A stretch of 64,000 nt of DNA from the human T2T-CHM13v2.0 reference genome, Homo sapiens, in assembly GCF_009914755.1 (NCBI RefSeq), contig NC_060932.1. One strand, given 5' to 3'. Shown piece after piece: positions 40,212-57,294 of the stretch. Made by a program: the position numbers and the translations under genes. How positions within the stretch are numbered: the stretch's first letter is position 1; each line of letters opens with the position of its first letter. The notes under the pieces were generated by a model, which saw only the letters and a list, made by a program, of their open reading frames with translations, was not told the origin of the DNA and made no database searches.

Positions 40212-41053
40212 TAGTAAGTCCCCACTTAACAGTTGTTGATAGTTTCTTAGAAACTGTGACTTTAAGCAAAACAATGTGTAATGAAACCAATTTTACCATA
40301 GGCTAATTGACATAAACAAGAGTTAAGTTCCTAAGGTATATTCCTGGTCACAAAAACATCACCGAACTTCTAAATGAAACCCTAAACATTTCTAATATTA
40401 AAGATTAAAATAAATAAGAACTATATATGCATTTTAGAATGATTAATTAAAACCAGTAAGATAAGTATTTACCCAATTTTTGGTGAATCAGTGAGTGACA
40501 ACAGTCATAGTAGTGGGTTAAATCAAGGAATGTTTGCAAGGTAAAAATTGTAAGGAACACCTCCTACCATCATTCAGTTCAAAAACAAACAATAACAAAT
40601 ATGGTGGGTTTGATGAGCACATTTGTACTGCATTGTTTCTTGTGCATTTATATAATTGTCCTATATTTTATGAATTGTTATTTTATGATAATTTGTATTC
40701 ATTCATTCATTCATTTTCCAGTCTTCTTTATTCCAATTCAGGGTTGTACATGGCTGGAGCATATTCCAGCAGCTCAAAACACAAGGCAGGAACCAACCCT
40801 GGACAGGATGTCATTTCATCGCAGGGCACACTCACACACACCCCCACCCTCACTCAGACTGGGACAATGTGGTCATGCCAATTCACCTAATGTGCACATC
40901 TTTGGGATGTAGGAGGAAGCTGGAGTACCCAGAGAAAACCTATGCAGACATGGGAAGAATGTGCAAACTCCACACATAACAGTGACCCTGGCTAGGAATT
41001 GATTTTTTTTCTCATCAACATTACAACAAAATGAAATATTTGAGGGCCTGCTG
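40212..41053 (-). mobile_element. MER6 (TcMar-Tigger) DNA transposon
   Basis: Ends TAGTAAGTCCCCACTTAAC... and ...TTTGAGGGCCTGCTG; ~840 bp; contains a V-SINE-like core near 40870-40980. Confidence 0.8.
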
Positions 41054-42648
41054 GAAGTCCTAGCTAATGCAATAAGATAAGAAAATAGATTGAAAGGTTT
41101 ATAGATTGGGAAGGAGTAAATAAAGCTATCTTTATTTCTATACAGTGACATGATCATCTGTATAGAAAATCTGAAATAATTAAAAAAAACCTCCTAGAAC
41201 TAATAAGCAATTATAGCAGGGTTGCAGGATGTTAGGTTAGTACACAAAAGTCAGTCACTTTTCTATATACCAACAATGGCAAGTGGAATTTGAAATTTAA
41301 AAACACTGTACCATGTACACTGGGACCCCCCAGATTTATCAGCATATGTACAAAATCTATAGGAAAACTACAAAACTCTGACGAAAGAAATTGAAGAAAA
41401 GCTAAATAAATGGAGAGATATTCCGTATTGATGGATAGGTAGACTCAATATTTTCAAGATGTTAGTTCTTCCCAGAGTTATCTATAGATTCAATGCAATC
41501 TAGTAAAAATCCCAGCAAGGTATTTTATGTTTATTGACAAACTGAGTCTAAAGTTTATGTGGATGGCAAAAAAGCCAGAATAGTCAGCACTTACTGAAGG
41601 AGAAGAACAAACTTGGAGGACTGACACCACTTGACTTCAAGTCTTACTACAAAGCTGACTTATAAAAATAGTGATCAAAACAGTATGCTATTGGCAAAAG
41701 AATAGACAAATAGGTTAATGGAACAGAATAGACAGCCCAGAAATTTACCCACATAAATATAGCCCACTGATTTTTGACAAAGAAGCAGAAGCACTACAAC
41801 AGAGAAAGTCTTTTCAACAAATGGTGCTTGAACAATGGGACATTCGTATGCAAATAAATGAAACTAGACACAGATCTTACACCTTTAAAAAAATTAACTG
41901 AAAATGGATCACAGGCAGACTTGTATATAAAATGTACAACTAGGACACACCAAAAACCCTGTTAGAACTAATGAACAAATTCAGTGAAATTACAAGATAC
42001 AAAATCAACAAGTAAAATCAGCTGTGTTTCTGTAAACTAATGATGGCTATCTGAAAAAGAAATCAAGCAAACAATAGAGTTAAAAATTACTTAGGAATAA
42101 ATTTAACCAAGGGGGTAAGAGATCTGTACATTGAAAACTATGAATCATTGATGAAATAAATTAAGGAAGACATAAAGAAAGATATCTCATGTTTATGAAT
42201 TGGAATAATTAATATTGTTAACATATTCCTACTACCAAAGGGATCTAAAGATTCAGTGCAATCCCTATAAAAATTTCAATGGCATCTGTTTCCACAGAAA
42301 TAGAAGAAATAATCCTAAAATCTGTATGGAACCACAAAACATCCAAACAGCTAAAGTAATCTTGAGGAAAAAGAAGAAAGCTGAAGAGATTACCTGATAA
42401 CAAATATACTGCAAACCTATCGTAATCAAAACAGAATGAGATCAGCGTACAAATAAACATATAGGCCAATGGTAAAGCAGAAGAGTATAGAGAACCCAGA
42501 AATAAATCCATGGATTTATGATCAATTGATCTCTGACAAAAATGCTAAAAACACACAATGGGGAAGATGCTGTCTTTAATCAATGGTGTTGGGAAAACTG
42601 GATATCCACAAGCAAATGGATGAAATTGGACCCCATCTCACACTGTGT
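41054..42648 (+). mobile_element. Two consecutive old L1M ORF2 fragments (junction ~41945)
   Basis: ORF2 RT-to-C-terminal remnants; the L1 coordinate restarts at CTGTTAGAACTAATGAACAAATTCAG. Confidence 0.75.
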
Positions 42649-42649
42649 A

Positions 42650-45600
42650 GAATGCTTCAATGATCATGGGAGTGCTAATATCTCTTTGAGATCCTGATTT
42701 CAATTATTTGGATAAATACACAGATGTAGGATTGCTGGATCATATGGCAGTTCTATTTTTAATTTCTTGAGTAACCTTCATACCCATCTTCATAGTGGCT
42801 GCACCATTTTACCTTTCCACCAGCAGTCACAAGCGTTCTAATTTTTCCATGTCCTTGCTAAAACTTCTTAATTTCTGTTTTTTTTTTTAACATAATGGCT
42901 ATTTTAGCAGATGTGAGATAATATTTCATTGTCGTTTTGATTGGCATTTCTCTGATGATTAATGATCATGAAAAGATATGAGAATCTTTTCATATACTTG
43001 TTGACCATTTATATATATTCTCTGGAGAAATGTCTATTCTAAACTTTTGACCATTTTAAAATAAGTTGTTTTAATCTATTGTTTGGATATATTTTGGATA
43101 TTAACCTATTATGAAATATATGACTTACAAATATTTTCTCCCATTTCATAGGTTACCTTGTCACTCTGTTGACTGTTTCCTTGGCTATGCAGAAGCTTTT
43201 TAGATTGATGTGGTTCCACTTGTTTATTTTTGCATTTCTTGCCTATTTTTTGGTGTCTTATCCAAGAAATTGTCACCAGAGTAATGAAGCATTTCCACAA
43301 TGCTTTCCTTCTAGTAGTTTTGTGGTTTCGGATCTTATGTATAAATCTTTACCCCATTTTGAGTTGATTTTTGTGTAAGATAATGATCCAATTTTCTTCT
43401 TTTTAATGTGTATATCCAGTTTTCCCAACACCATCTGTTGGAGAGACTATTTGTTCCCCATTGTGTTTTCTCTGCACCTTTGTTAAAAATCAACTCACCA
43501 TAAACGCATGGATTTCTTTGCTGTCTATTCTATTCCATTGACTAATGTATCTGTATTTATGTCAGTATTATACTGTGTTCTTTTTTTGCCATTGTAGCTT
43601 TGTAATATATTTTGAAATCAGGAAATGTGGGACCTCAAGCTTTGTTCTTTTTTTCTTAAGATAGTTTTGGCTGTTCAGGGTCCTTTGTGGTTCCATCTGA
43701 ATTTTAGAATCATTTTTTTCTAATTTTTGTAAAAAGTGCCATTGTGATTTTGATAGAGATTGCATCAGGTCTGTAGATCACTTTGAGTAGTACAGACATT
43801 GTAACAATATTAAATCTTCCAATCCATTAACATAGAATGTCTTTCTATTTCTTTCTTTCTTCTTTAATTCCTTTCAGCAATGTTTTGTAGTTTTCAGTGT
43901 GTAAGTTTTTTATTTCCTTGGTTAAGCTTATGCTTAAGCTTATTCTTTAATGATGCCATTGTAAATTGGATTATTTTATTAATTTCCTTTTCAGATGATT
44001 TATTAGTGTATAAAAACACACCTGATGTTTGTATGTTACTTCTTATCCTTCAGTGTCACTAAATTTATTTATTAGTTCTAATAGTTTATTGGTGGAGCTT
44101 TTACAGTTTCCTCTATATAAGATCATGTGATCCACAAACTGCAATAATTTTACTTCTTTCTTTGAGATTTGAATGCCATTTATTTCTTTTTCTTACCAAA
44201 TTGTTCTGGCTAGGACTTCCATTACTATGGTAAATGGAGTGGCAAGAGCAGGCATCCTTTTCTTCTTCTTGATGTCACAGGAAAAGTTTTAGTTTTTCAC
44301 CATCGAGTATAATGTTAGCTGTGGACTTTTCATATATAGCCTTTATTATGTTGATATAATTTCCTTCTCTTCGTTGTGTATTGATTTTTTTAATGAAAGT
44401 GTGTTGAATTTTGTCAAATGCTTGTTCTGCATCTATTGAGATCATTATTTGTGATTTTTATTCTTTGTTCTGTCAATGTGGTGTATCACATTGATTGATT
44501 TTCATATGATAAACCATCTTTATATCCCAGGGGTAACTCCCACTTGAGTCATGGTTAAGATCCTTTTAATGGTCTGTTTGCTCATATATTGTTAAGAATA
44601 TTTACATTTGTATTTATTAGGGATATTGACCTGTAGCTTTCTTTTCTCATAGTGTCTTTCTCTGGCCTTTGTATCAGGGTAATGCTGGCCTCATATAATG
44701 AGTTTGGAAGTGTTCCTCACTTTAAACATGTTTTATGAGTGTTTGAGAAAGATTCGCATTAATTCTTCTTTAAAGGTTTGGTAGAATTCACCAGTGAAAT
44801 TATGTGGTCTTGGGCTTTTCTTTTTTGGGGGACTTTTGACTACTGATTCAATGTCTTTGTTAATTATGTCTGTTTAGATTTTCTATTTTTTCATGATTCA
44901 GTCTTGGTAGGTTGAATGTTTCTAGGAATTTCTTCTAGGTTATCCAATTTGTTGGTGCATCATTGTTGATAGTAGTCTCTTATGATCCTTTGTATTCGTC
45001 AGTTGTAATGGCTTCTCTTTTTTTTCCGGTTTTCTTTGAATCTTTTCTCTTTTTTTCTTAGTCTAGCCAAATGTTTGTCAATTTTGTTGATATTCTCAAA
45101 AAACAAATCCTTAGTTTTAATGATTTTTTTCTATTCTCTATTTAATTTATTTCTGCTGTAATCTACATTATTTCCTTCCTTCTGCTAAATTTGCACATGG
45201 TTGCTTTTTTTCTAATTTCTTTAGGTGTAGAGTTAGGTCTTCTATTTAAGATATTTTTTCTTTTTAAGTGTAGGAGTTTAACACTATAAACTTTCCTCTT
45301 AGTACTGCCTTTGCTACATCCCATAAGATTTGGTATGATATACCATATTTTGTTTTTGTTTGTCTCAAGATATTTTTTAATTTTCTTTTTAATTTTTTTC
45401 TTTGTCCTATTGGTTATTCAAAAGTGTGTTGTTTCATTTCTACATTTTTGAATTTTCAAGTTTTCCTTCTGCTGTTGATTTCTATTTTTATTCCATTGTG
45501 ATCAGGAAAGATATTTGTTATAATTTTCAATTTTCTTAAATTCATTCAGACATGTTTTGTGATCTAAAATGTGATCTATTGTGGATAATATTCAGTACAT

Positions 45601-47140
45601 TCTTGAGAGGAATGTGTATTCTGCTGCTGTTGCGTGGAATGTTCTGTATATGCCTGTTAGGTCCATTTGGTGTATAGTGTTGTTCACATTCTGTTTTCTT
45701 ATCAATTTTCTTTTTAGATGTTCTATCCATTATTGAAAGTGAGCTATTGAAATTTCCTACTATTATTGTGTTGCTATCTACTTATATTTCTTCTTTCTAT
45801 TTCTTTCTTGAGTTTGATGAATGTTTCTCTTGTATCTTTAGATGCTCTAATATTTGCATATATGTATGTGTATATATCCACATGTGTATATACACATATA
45901 TATGTATAATTATTATGTCTTCCTGGTGAATTGATTCTTTTATCATTATATAATGTCCTTCTTTTTCGCTAGTGACAATTTTTGACTTAAAGTCAATTTG
46001 TCTGACGTAAGTATGGCCATTCTTTCCCTCTTTTGGTAGTTGTCATTTGCATATCTTTTTCCATTCTTTCACTTTCAATCTATGTGTGTCCTTAAATCTA
46101 AAGTAAGTCTTTTGTGGAAAGCATATAGTTTTGTCCCAGTAATTCTCTGCCTTTTGACTAGGGAGTTTGGTCCATTTGTATTTAAAGAAATTATTAATAA
46201 GGATAGACTTACTATTGCCATTTTGTTAATAGTTTCCTGTCTGTCTTTAGCACTTTTGTCTCTCTTTTCCTCTCTTGCTGTCTTTATTTTGCTTTTTTTG
46301 TTGTTGACATTTTGTGGTGACATATTTTTATTTTTTCTCATTTTCTTTTGTGTATCTTCATAGGTATTTTCTTTGTGTTTATTATAGGTCCTACATAAAA
46401 CATCTTATAGTTATCACATCTATTTTAAGCTGATAATAAATTCAATGACATACAAAAACTTTACCCTTTTACTCTCTCCATCTTTGTTATTGGTGTCACA
46501 GATTATATATTTTATATTGTGTGCCAAAATTAAAAAGTCATTTATATTCCACTGTTATAGTATTACAGTATTCCATATTTGTTTATATATTTACCTTTAC
46601 GAGCAAGCTTTATATTTTCTTATGCTTTCATGTTTAGTATTTTTCTTTTTAACTTAAAGGACTCACTTTAGCATTTCTTGTAAGGTATGTCTAGTGATGA
46701 ACTCTCTCAGTGATTGTTTATCTGGGAAAACCTTTATCTCTCCTTCATTTTTTTTCTTTATTTTAATAAAGACTGGGCCTCACTATGTTGCCCCAGCTGG
46801 TCTTGAACTCCTGAGCTCAAGCAATCCTCTTGCCTCAGCCTCCCAAAGTGCTAGGATTACAGGTGCGAACCACCATGCCTGGCCCTGTCTCCTTCATGTT
46901 TGAGGGACAGTTTACCAGATATAATATTCTTGGTTGACAGTTAAAAAATATTTTAGCACTTTGAATATATCATCCCACTTCCTTCTACTTTCACAGTTTC
47001 TGCTGAGAAATCCACTGATAGTCTATAGGGGTTCCCTTACTGAGTTGCTTTTCTCTTGGTATTTTCAAAATTCTCTCTCTCTCTTTTTTTTTTTTTTTTT
47101 TTTTTACAATTTCCTTATAATGTGTCTTGGTGTGAACTTC
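42650..47140 (-). mobile_element. Long antisense old L1 (L1MA/MB-like), ORF2 through ORF1 remnants
   Basis: Continuous T-rich antisense L1 motifs (TTCCCAACACCAT, CTGGCTAGGACTTCC, GGTAGAATTCACCAGTGAA). Confidence 0.8.
46748..46884 (-). mobile_element. FLAM_C-like Alu monomer
   Basis: Left-monomer sequence with T tail; TSD TCTCCTTCAT. Confidence 0.85.
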
Positions 47141-48522
47141 TTTATTAATGACCCTTTTTAAAGTGCTGTGTTAAGCTTAAATTTCTGAGGCAAAATGGCC
47201 TTTTTAAAAATTCCTGGATTATCATATTCTTGGCCTCTTTTCTTGAGCTATGATTTGGTTGCCTTAGTAGAGTGTTCAAATCATGAAAGAAAGGGAATAT
47301 TCTTGTAATGATTGAAGGAAACAGGCTGTTTATCTGCATGGATCCAGTGCTCCATATCAAAAATTATAATAATAGAATAATTTATAACTATAGGTAGAAA
47401 GCTGCTTCATAAAACTGTAACAAGATATTCCTAGAAAAAATGAGTTCTGGATAGCACACAAAAATCTTGTGAATAGTTATTTCATTTGGGATATATTATG
47501 TAGTATTAATCTCCAATGTATCTGTAGGTATAGAGCAAATTAGGAAAAGTAAGATGTGTTTGGACTAGGACTCAGACTGTCCACAGAGGGGAGGATGTGA
47601 ATAAGTGAGAAAGGCACAAGAGAGGATCCCAGGACAAGGCAGAGTGACAGGAAGGAGCCTGTCAGTGATGGGAGTTGTTGAGATGCAAGGGAGTGTGAAT
47701 GGGCATTGACTTGATGTAGGAAGCCTTTGGTGGGATGGGGTAGGAGGTAGTGTGAGTGAAATAGGAAGAAAGGAGATTACTCAGCCACTCTTAGTGAGAA
47801 CCTGCAGTGGGGAGGGATGATGCTCCCTCAGGCCTGCAGGTATACAGATGTCTGGAAAATGTGCCAGAGCGTTCTGAAAATGAAGCCTCCCTGGTATCTT
47901 TGGTCTTTGCTGGGAGAGAGTAGCTAATTACTTACTCTTTTCTCTCTTGCATTGCCAGTTTTTTCTCTCTATTGCTTCTTACTCCGTATATATCCTTTTG
48001 AACATATAAACTTGCTTATTTTTCTTCTGATTTTTTACAAAAGCACTTTTCAAATCTATAATGATTCTCCTAAAAACTTCTGTCTCAACTTCTATCCTAA
48101 CTCATTCATCACAATTAAGATTGTTGAAGAATGGTCTAATTTTTTTGGTAGCTCTCCTTTATCTTCTATGATTTCCTTATTCCACTGAAAATGTGCTTTT
48201 ATTCTTATCACTCCAGTGAAATTGTACTTGTTACAGTAAGCAATAACATTTTAGATGAAAACCCAACAAACCTATTTCAGTTATTATACCACTTATCATA
48301 TCTTCAGTATTAGACACCATTGTCCCCTCACTCTTTCCAGGTATTCTCCCTGACATTGTTCACTATTACCTTTTTGGTTGTTCTTTTTACTCTTTCCTGG
48401 ATTTTTCTTCCTATATCTGTCCCTTAAATGATGATGTTCCATCTGGTTTTGTCCTGTGGTTCATCTCATCTCAAATTACACATTCTTCTTGGGAAAATTT
48501 ATCTTCTCCAGGAGTTTACCTT

Positions 48523-50921
48523 TGATATAGCTTAGATATTTGTCTCCTCAAATCTCATGTTGAAATGTGATCCCTGATATTGGAGGTGGGGCTTAGTGGG
48601 AGATGTTTGGGTCATGAGGATTGATCCTTTATTGAATGACCTCGTGCCTTTCTTGTAATGAGTGAGTTCTTCCTCTATAATTTCATATGAGAACTAATTG
48701 TTAAAAAGAGCCTGGCATCACTTCCTTTCTGCCTTTTCTTCTCTCACCATGTGACACCATGATTCCCATTGCCTTTCACCATGAATAAAATCTTCCTGAG
48801 GCCTCACCAGAAGCCAAGAAGATGCTAGCAACATGCTTCTTCTACAGCTTGTAGAACCATGTGCCAAATAAATCTTTTCTTTATTAATAACCCAGTCAAG
48901 TGTATTCCTTTATAAAAGCACAAAACAGATTAATACAGAATATTAGTACTGGGGAGGTGAGCATTGCTATAAAGATACCTAAAAATGTGAAAACAGCTTT
49001 GGAACTGAGTAATAGGGAGACGTTGGGAGAGTTTGGAGGACTTGGAAGACAGGATGATTGGGAAAATTTGGAACTTATTAGAGACTGGTTAAATGGCTGT
49101 GAGCAAAATGCTGATAGAAATGTGGACAGTGAAGTCCAGGCTAAGTCTCAGATGGAGGTGAAGAACTTGGGAAACTAGACCAAAGATGACCTAGAAAAGA
49201 ACTTGGCTGCATTGTGTCTAGGTTGCAGGGCTTTGTTGAAGGCTTTGTGAAAGTTCATCATTCTAAGGCTGAATGTAAGAATGATGACCCAGGTAAGAAT
49301 GACGACCCAGGGTCTTTGGTGGAAGCAAAGCATTCAAGAAGTGTCAGGACTGCTTCCAACAGTCTATGATCAGATGTGAGAGCAAAGGAAGGACCCATAG
49401 TTGGAAATTAAAATTAAAAGGGAAGCAGAGCATAAAAATTTGGAAAATTCACAGCCTGGCTATCTGGTAGAGAAGGAAAGAATGCTTTCACTATAGGAAT
49501 CCAAAGGAGTGGAATCCAAACGAGAGAAATCCAAGAAAGCTATGGAGCAACCACTTGCTAGAGACAGTAACGTGACTGAAAGGGAGCTAGGTGCTGATAT
49601 TCAAGATGATGGGAAAAAAAGCTAGAGGTCTAGGAGGACAGAATGGTTTCGGGGGCCAAGCCCAGGGTACTGCTGCCCTGTGATGATTTGGGATGCTGCT
49701 CCAGCTATGGCCACAGCTCAAAGGGCCCAGGTGCTGCTTGGGATGCCACTCAGCATAGTGCAAGCTATAAGCCTTGGCAGCCTCTGTGTGGTGCTAAGTC
49801 TGCAGGCACACAGAATGCAAGGGTGACATCCCAAGATTTTCTGATTTGCAATTGCTTAAGGAAGAGAAGCTTTGTTTAAAAATGTGGGATCATCAGAAAA
49901 GAATGTTATCTCTGGCCCATGAATGTGACTCCTTTCAGGCCCCTCGGGAACAAATTTAGAACAAAGAATGATGGTCAAAGTTCAGTCTTCAGTTCCCTCT
50001 TATCTGAAATCTATATGCCAGTACATCTGTTGGTGTGGATATGGATTTTTGAAAAACAACTCAGAGCCATATGTTAGGTGTTATGTTTAGTTTCTATAGG
50101 GGAACAAAATCTAGAATCCTGTGATTCTAGATTTCTTGGCTATTATTTTAAGCTACTATTACCTTCTTGCTTATCAAGCTGCTCATTTACTTCTCATGGC
50201 TAGCCAGGTGTCTGGAATTTCCCTTGTAGTAATTAAAGATTTCCCTGTACTTCCATGCTTGGGAGGCCCCCAGACTCCTTAGGTTGTGGGGGGGTTCCCT
50301 GTTCCATCTCAGTTTTTGATCTCAGAGGCTCATAGGTGGAAGGAACTGCCCTTGAGTTTCAGATGAGACTTTAGACTTCAGACTTTTGAGTTGCTGCTGG
50401 AATGAGTTAAAATTTGGGGGTACTCTTGGTAAGGGATGATTATATTTTGCAATGTGAGAAGGACATGAGATTAGGGGGGCCAGGGACAGAATGATATAGT
50501 TGGGTATTTCCCCCCTCCAAATTTCATGTTGAAATGTGGTCCCCCAATATTGGAGGTGGGGCCTAGTGGAAGGTGTTTGGGTCATGAGGGGCAGATTCTT
50601 CATAAATGGCTTGATGCCTTCCTTATGGTAATGAATGAGTTCTCACTCTTTCATGTGAGAATTGATTGTTAAAAAGAGCCTGCCATCCCCTCCTCTCTGC
50701 CTCCCCTCCTCTTTGCCTCCCCCTCTCTCTCCATATGACATGCTGGCTCCTTTTGCCTTCCATCATGAGTAAAAGCTTCCTGAGGCTTCAGCAGAAGTCA
50801 AGCTGATGGTGGTGCCATGCTTCTTGTACAGCTTGCAGAACAATGAGCCAAATAAATCTTTTTTCTTTAAATTACCCAGTCAGGGGTATTCCTTTATAGC
50901 AGTGCAAAACAGACTAATACA
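48523..50921 (+). mobile_element. MST (ERVL-MaLR) element with both LTRs (48523-48937, 50492-50921) and internal region
   Basis: Two similar TGATATAG...TAATACA LTRs; purine-rich tract before the 3' LTR; 5-bp TSD ACCTT/ACCTC. Confidence 0.9.
49826..50311 (-). mobile_element. MER39-like ERV1 LTR (partial) nested in MST-int
   Basis: Reverse complement starts TGAGATGGAACAGGGAACCCC...CCCAAGCATGGAA...GGGAAATTCCAGACACCTGGCTAGCC; subfamily call from memory. Confidence 0.65.
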
Positions 50922-51109
50922 ACCTCTCATCTATACGTCACTTGTTCATAAATCTCTACCTCTAGCTCAGGCTTCTGCATCTACATGGACATATCTCAGT
51001 GTACATGTGCTCCAGGCAATCCAAACTTATCATATGTTAAACTACTTTAATCTTCTGTTCTTCAAATCTGTCCTCCTGTATATTCACTCTCAGTGAATGG
51101 GAGACATCT

Positions 51110-52600
<1,491 letters not shown>

Positions 52601-53358
52601 CTGCCTTATTATTACTAAGAAGGGACAAACTCTTGTGAGTAATAACATTGTTCTACCTTGGATTAAAATTAATAGTGAATGTCTTCTGTTCTACCCTATG
52701 TGTGATTTCCCATAGTCTCCTTTTTATTCTCCACATGTAGGCGCAGGTACTGATATATAATATGCACTCAATAATTTTTTTTTGAATAAAGGTATCACTT
52801 TCAAAATCAAACTGATTTTGTTTTAGGTTTCAAAAGACCATTAAAAAGCACTCAGAATGTAAAACTCTGGGGATTCTCATAGCTTGAGCTACATCTGTAA
52901 AGCAGAGTGAAGTGATGTGACAATTATTTGACTGATTTTTTAAATGTGGACATTTTTCTACACTTGATTGACATTCAAATTATCCAGTGTTCATCTTAAC
53001 AAAGTAAGTGTCAAATCACATCCTCATTTATGTTATCTCAGCAGAAAAGCCTAAGAACAGAGAAAAAAGATAGGTAACTACAAATTTCAAAGCAACATTA
53101 TTGTGCTCAGATGTACAGTGTAGGCAGCTGACGCAGCTCAAGGCCATTAGAGCATTCACAGAGTAATGGAGTCTCTGGGTCACAGGCAAATAGAAAAAGA
53201 GACAATCCAAGAATCAGAGGGATAGTTGAATCAGATGAAAGCAGATTCCTCTCTGATCTTGAGTTTCCATGGCAGTTGGACCAGATTATAGATTTATCTT
53301 ATCTTATTTTATTTTTTTAAAACCACATTATCTAGAGAGAGAAGGAATTTATTACCTT

Positions 53359-53894
<536 letters not shown>

Positions 53895-54029
53895 CCTGGC
53901 GAGTATCATCATCTATTTTTGAGGCTTGAAACTGGAAGCCCCAAGCTACGTCCAGCCCTTAACATCCCCCACAACGTGTTCTATTTGGTCTATACAGTGT
54001 TTTAAATTTTTTTTTTAAAATCTATATTT

Positions 54030-54247
54030 TATGATAGGAACTTACGAATGCAAAGAAGGAAACAACAGATACTGGGGTCTACTTGAGGGGGGAAGGTGTG
54101 AGGAGGGAAAGGAACAGAAAAGATAACTATTGGGTACTGAGCTTAATAAGTGGGTGATGTGATAATATGTGCAGTAAACCCCAGTGACACGTGTTTATCT
54201 GTGTAACAAGCCTTCACATGTACCCCCAAACCTAAAATAAAAATTTT
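54030..54247 (+). mobile_element. Short L1PA13-like 3' end
   Basis: AGATAACTATTGGGTACTG...CACATGTACCCCCAAACCTAAAATAAAA; flanked by AAAATCTATA repeats. Confidence 0.82.
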
Positions 54248-55472
54248 AAAAATCTATAAATAAAGATTAATACTTAAACATTAATTATACTGATTTTAAA
54301 ACCAGACTTTTTGTAGGAAAACCAGGATTTCTGGGTTGTCTTAGAAACAAGAAGTTGTATAAGCCCTTGGCCTTGGTTCTGAGATGGCAGCAACTGGCTG
54401 GGACTGAGGAGTCCCAGGCTTCTCTTTTGCCTGCCTTCTCTAGTTTCTCATAGTCTCCACTGTCCTTACCCAGGCTCTCTTTACTAGTGCATTTTACTCG
54501 CTTGGCTCCTGGAGGCATATGACTTTGTAAGATCTGATATTTGGGGATTCAAACCGAGAACTTGCCTGTTATCCATGGCCTCTCCCTTTCCTTGATTCTC
54601 TGCCTCCCATCCCTCATTCCCATCATCACAATGATTCTACCTCTTTAATGTCTCTTGAACCTGTCACCTCCTCTCAATCATCATATTCACTGCCTTGGTG
54701 CAGGCCTTCAATGCTTCTCAGATGAATTACTGCAACAGGCTCACTATGTTCCATGGTGTGGTAACGTTTATAAGAAGAGAGAAGCAAGGAAGGACAGACA
54801 TGGGAAGGAAGAAGTTTTTCTGTCCAAAAAGCAATGGCAATATTTCTGGAGTAACACAGGGCAGGAGTGCATTTCACTTAGAACCATCCTTTCATTCCTG
54901 GCACTCGGACCTAGGCTTGGAGAGTGGGTCATTACTGGATGGAAAATCAAAGGAAGGTTCTAAATGAGGCTTGCACTTTATTTTTATCCTCTTTCTGGAT
55001 TTCAGTGTTGGTTCTATTTTACCTGTTTATTCTTATCATGCTGTTTGTCACAGGAAAGTTTATAATTTAGGTAATAAAACCTTTCAAATCATTTAAATGA
55101 ATATGTGTGAAAAATGAGGGTCAGACCTGTTAGCCCAAGATCTCTAATGACCGCCTGCTGGAGGTGCTGCCTGGTCGAAAGCATCTGCACTTGGAAAGTC
55201 CTCATTTGTAACATCAATGATAATTGTCTGTAGAATGTCTGAGCCAAGATGGCCTATGAAGCAAGAGAGAGACCTCAAACGTATTAACTGTTTCACACGC
55301 TTGAAAACAGACAATTTGTCTTTGACTTGTGAGAAAACCCCCAGCTATTACCGTGCCCATCAGCTTATGTAGAATGGGAAGGTCTAGCGCTACCTGCTTA
55401 TAAACCCCAGCCAAAGGATTGAGGCCTCCGTCTGATAAGGCTTCATGTGCTTGTCAAATAAAAACGAATTCA

Positions 55473-55641
55473 GGCCGGGCGTGGTGGCTCATGCCTGTAG
55501 TCCCGGCATTGTGGGAGGCTGAGGCAAGAGGACTGCTTGAGCCCAGGAGTTCGGGCTGCAGTGAACTGTGTTTACACCACTGAGATCCAGGCTATGTGAG
55601 ACAGCGAGACCCTGTCTCAATTAAAAAAAAAAAAAAAAAAA
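55473..55641 (+). mobile_element. FRAM-like Alu monomer
   Basis: Single monomer with A tail. Confidence 0.85.
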
Positions 55642-56157
55642 GAATTTAGAAGCTGAGAACATAAATGGGCTTGCCTTTCTGTGCATATGTGTGCAAATGT
55701 TTGTGTGCATCTGAGTGTGTGTATGTCTGTGTGTGTGATGGGAATAAGGGATAAGATTATTTCCCCCCTCTTATTTAGTTAATGCCAGAAAAGTAAGAGA
55801 AAAATTGACTATGCCCGAATTATTTTTTACCTTTTATCTGGAGTATCTGCAATTGAAATACTTGAATGGGACATTCGTCTATATAACCATAGCTTATAGC
55901 AGTGGCTTTCCTACAAGAGTGCATTGACATTGACTGGGACACCTGTTAGATAAATGGGCAGATTCTTCAGCCCATGCCCAGGGGCTCTGATGCTGAGACC
56001 TGGAGGGGCCCCAGGGTTATGCACTGTGACAGGTCCCCCATATGATTCTCATGCAGTCGAACCATTAGATAGTACTTAGGAAAGGATTGTCTGCAGGAAG
56101 AAAACACACAAATGGATGTGGCCTCGACTAATGGCTTAATCTCAGGACCTTAGATCA

Positions 56158-56872
<715 letters not shown>

Positions 56873-57294
56873 GATGTGAGCCTTCCTTTTCATTTAAAAT
56901 ACAGGGAAAACACTGCTCTCTATCAAGCAGTGGTATTTTAGAGAGCAGAGGTCTTTTCCTCCAAGTCCGCTCTTGAAGTTCTTAAAAAGAAAGTGCAAGT
57001 CCCAGGAATGAGCTCATCTCTGTGTCCTTCCCAGAAGCCACTTATTCATTGCTGCAGGACAGACTTTACTGTTATTATAATGAAAAGACAAGACAGACTA
57101 CTCTAAATATCAGTTTAAAATGTTTCTTTTTAAAAACATTCCCACATGTACACGATCTTTTACTTGTTTCATGTTTACTCTGTTTTGGGTTAAGAAATCT
57201 GAATGATGTGATGTGTCGTGAGAATAGAAGTGAACAGGATGAAATCGCGTGAACAGGACAATGGGGGGGCGGTGGTGGTGGAGCCCTCCGCTTT

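Noticed and set aside
41945-44080. Possible twin-priming inversion or inverted duplication of one L1
   Set aside because: The plus and minus pieces cover the same L1 coordinates and differ substantially by eye, so they are more likely separate old insertions.
49275-49311. 18-bp tandem repeat in MST-int
   Set aside because: Ordinary small slippage duplication with no sign of function.
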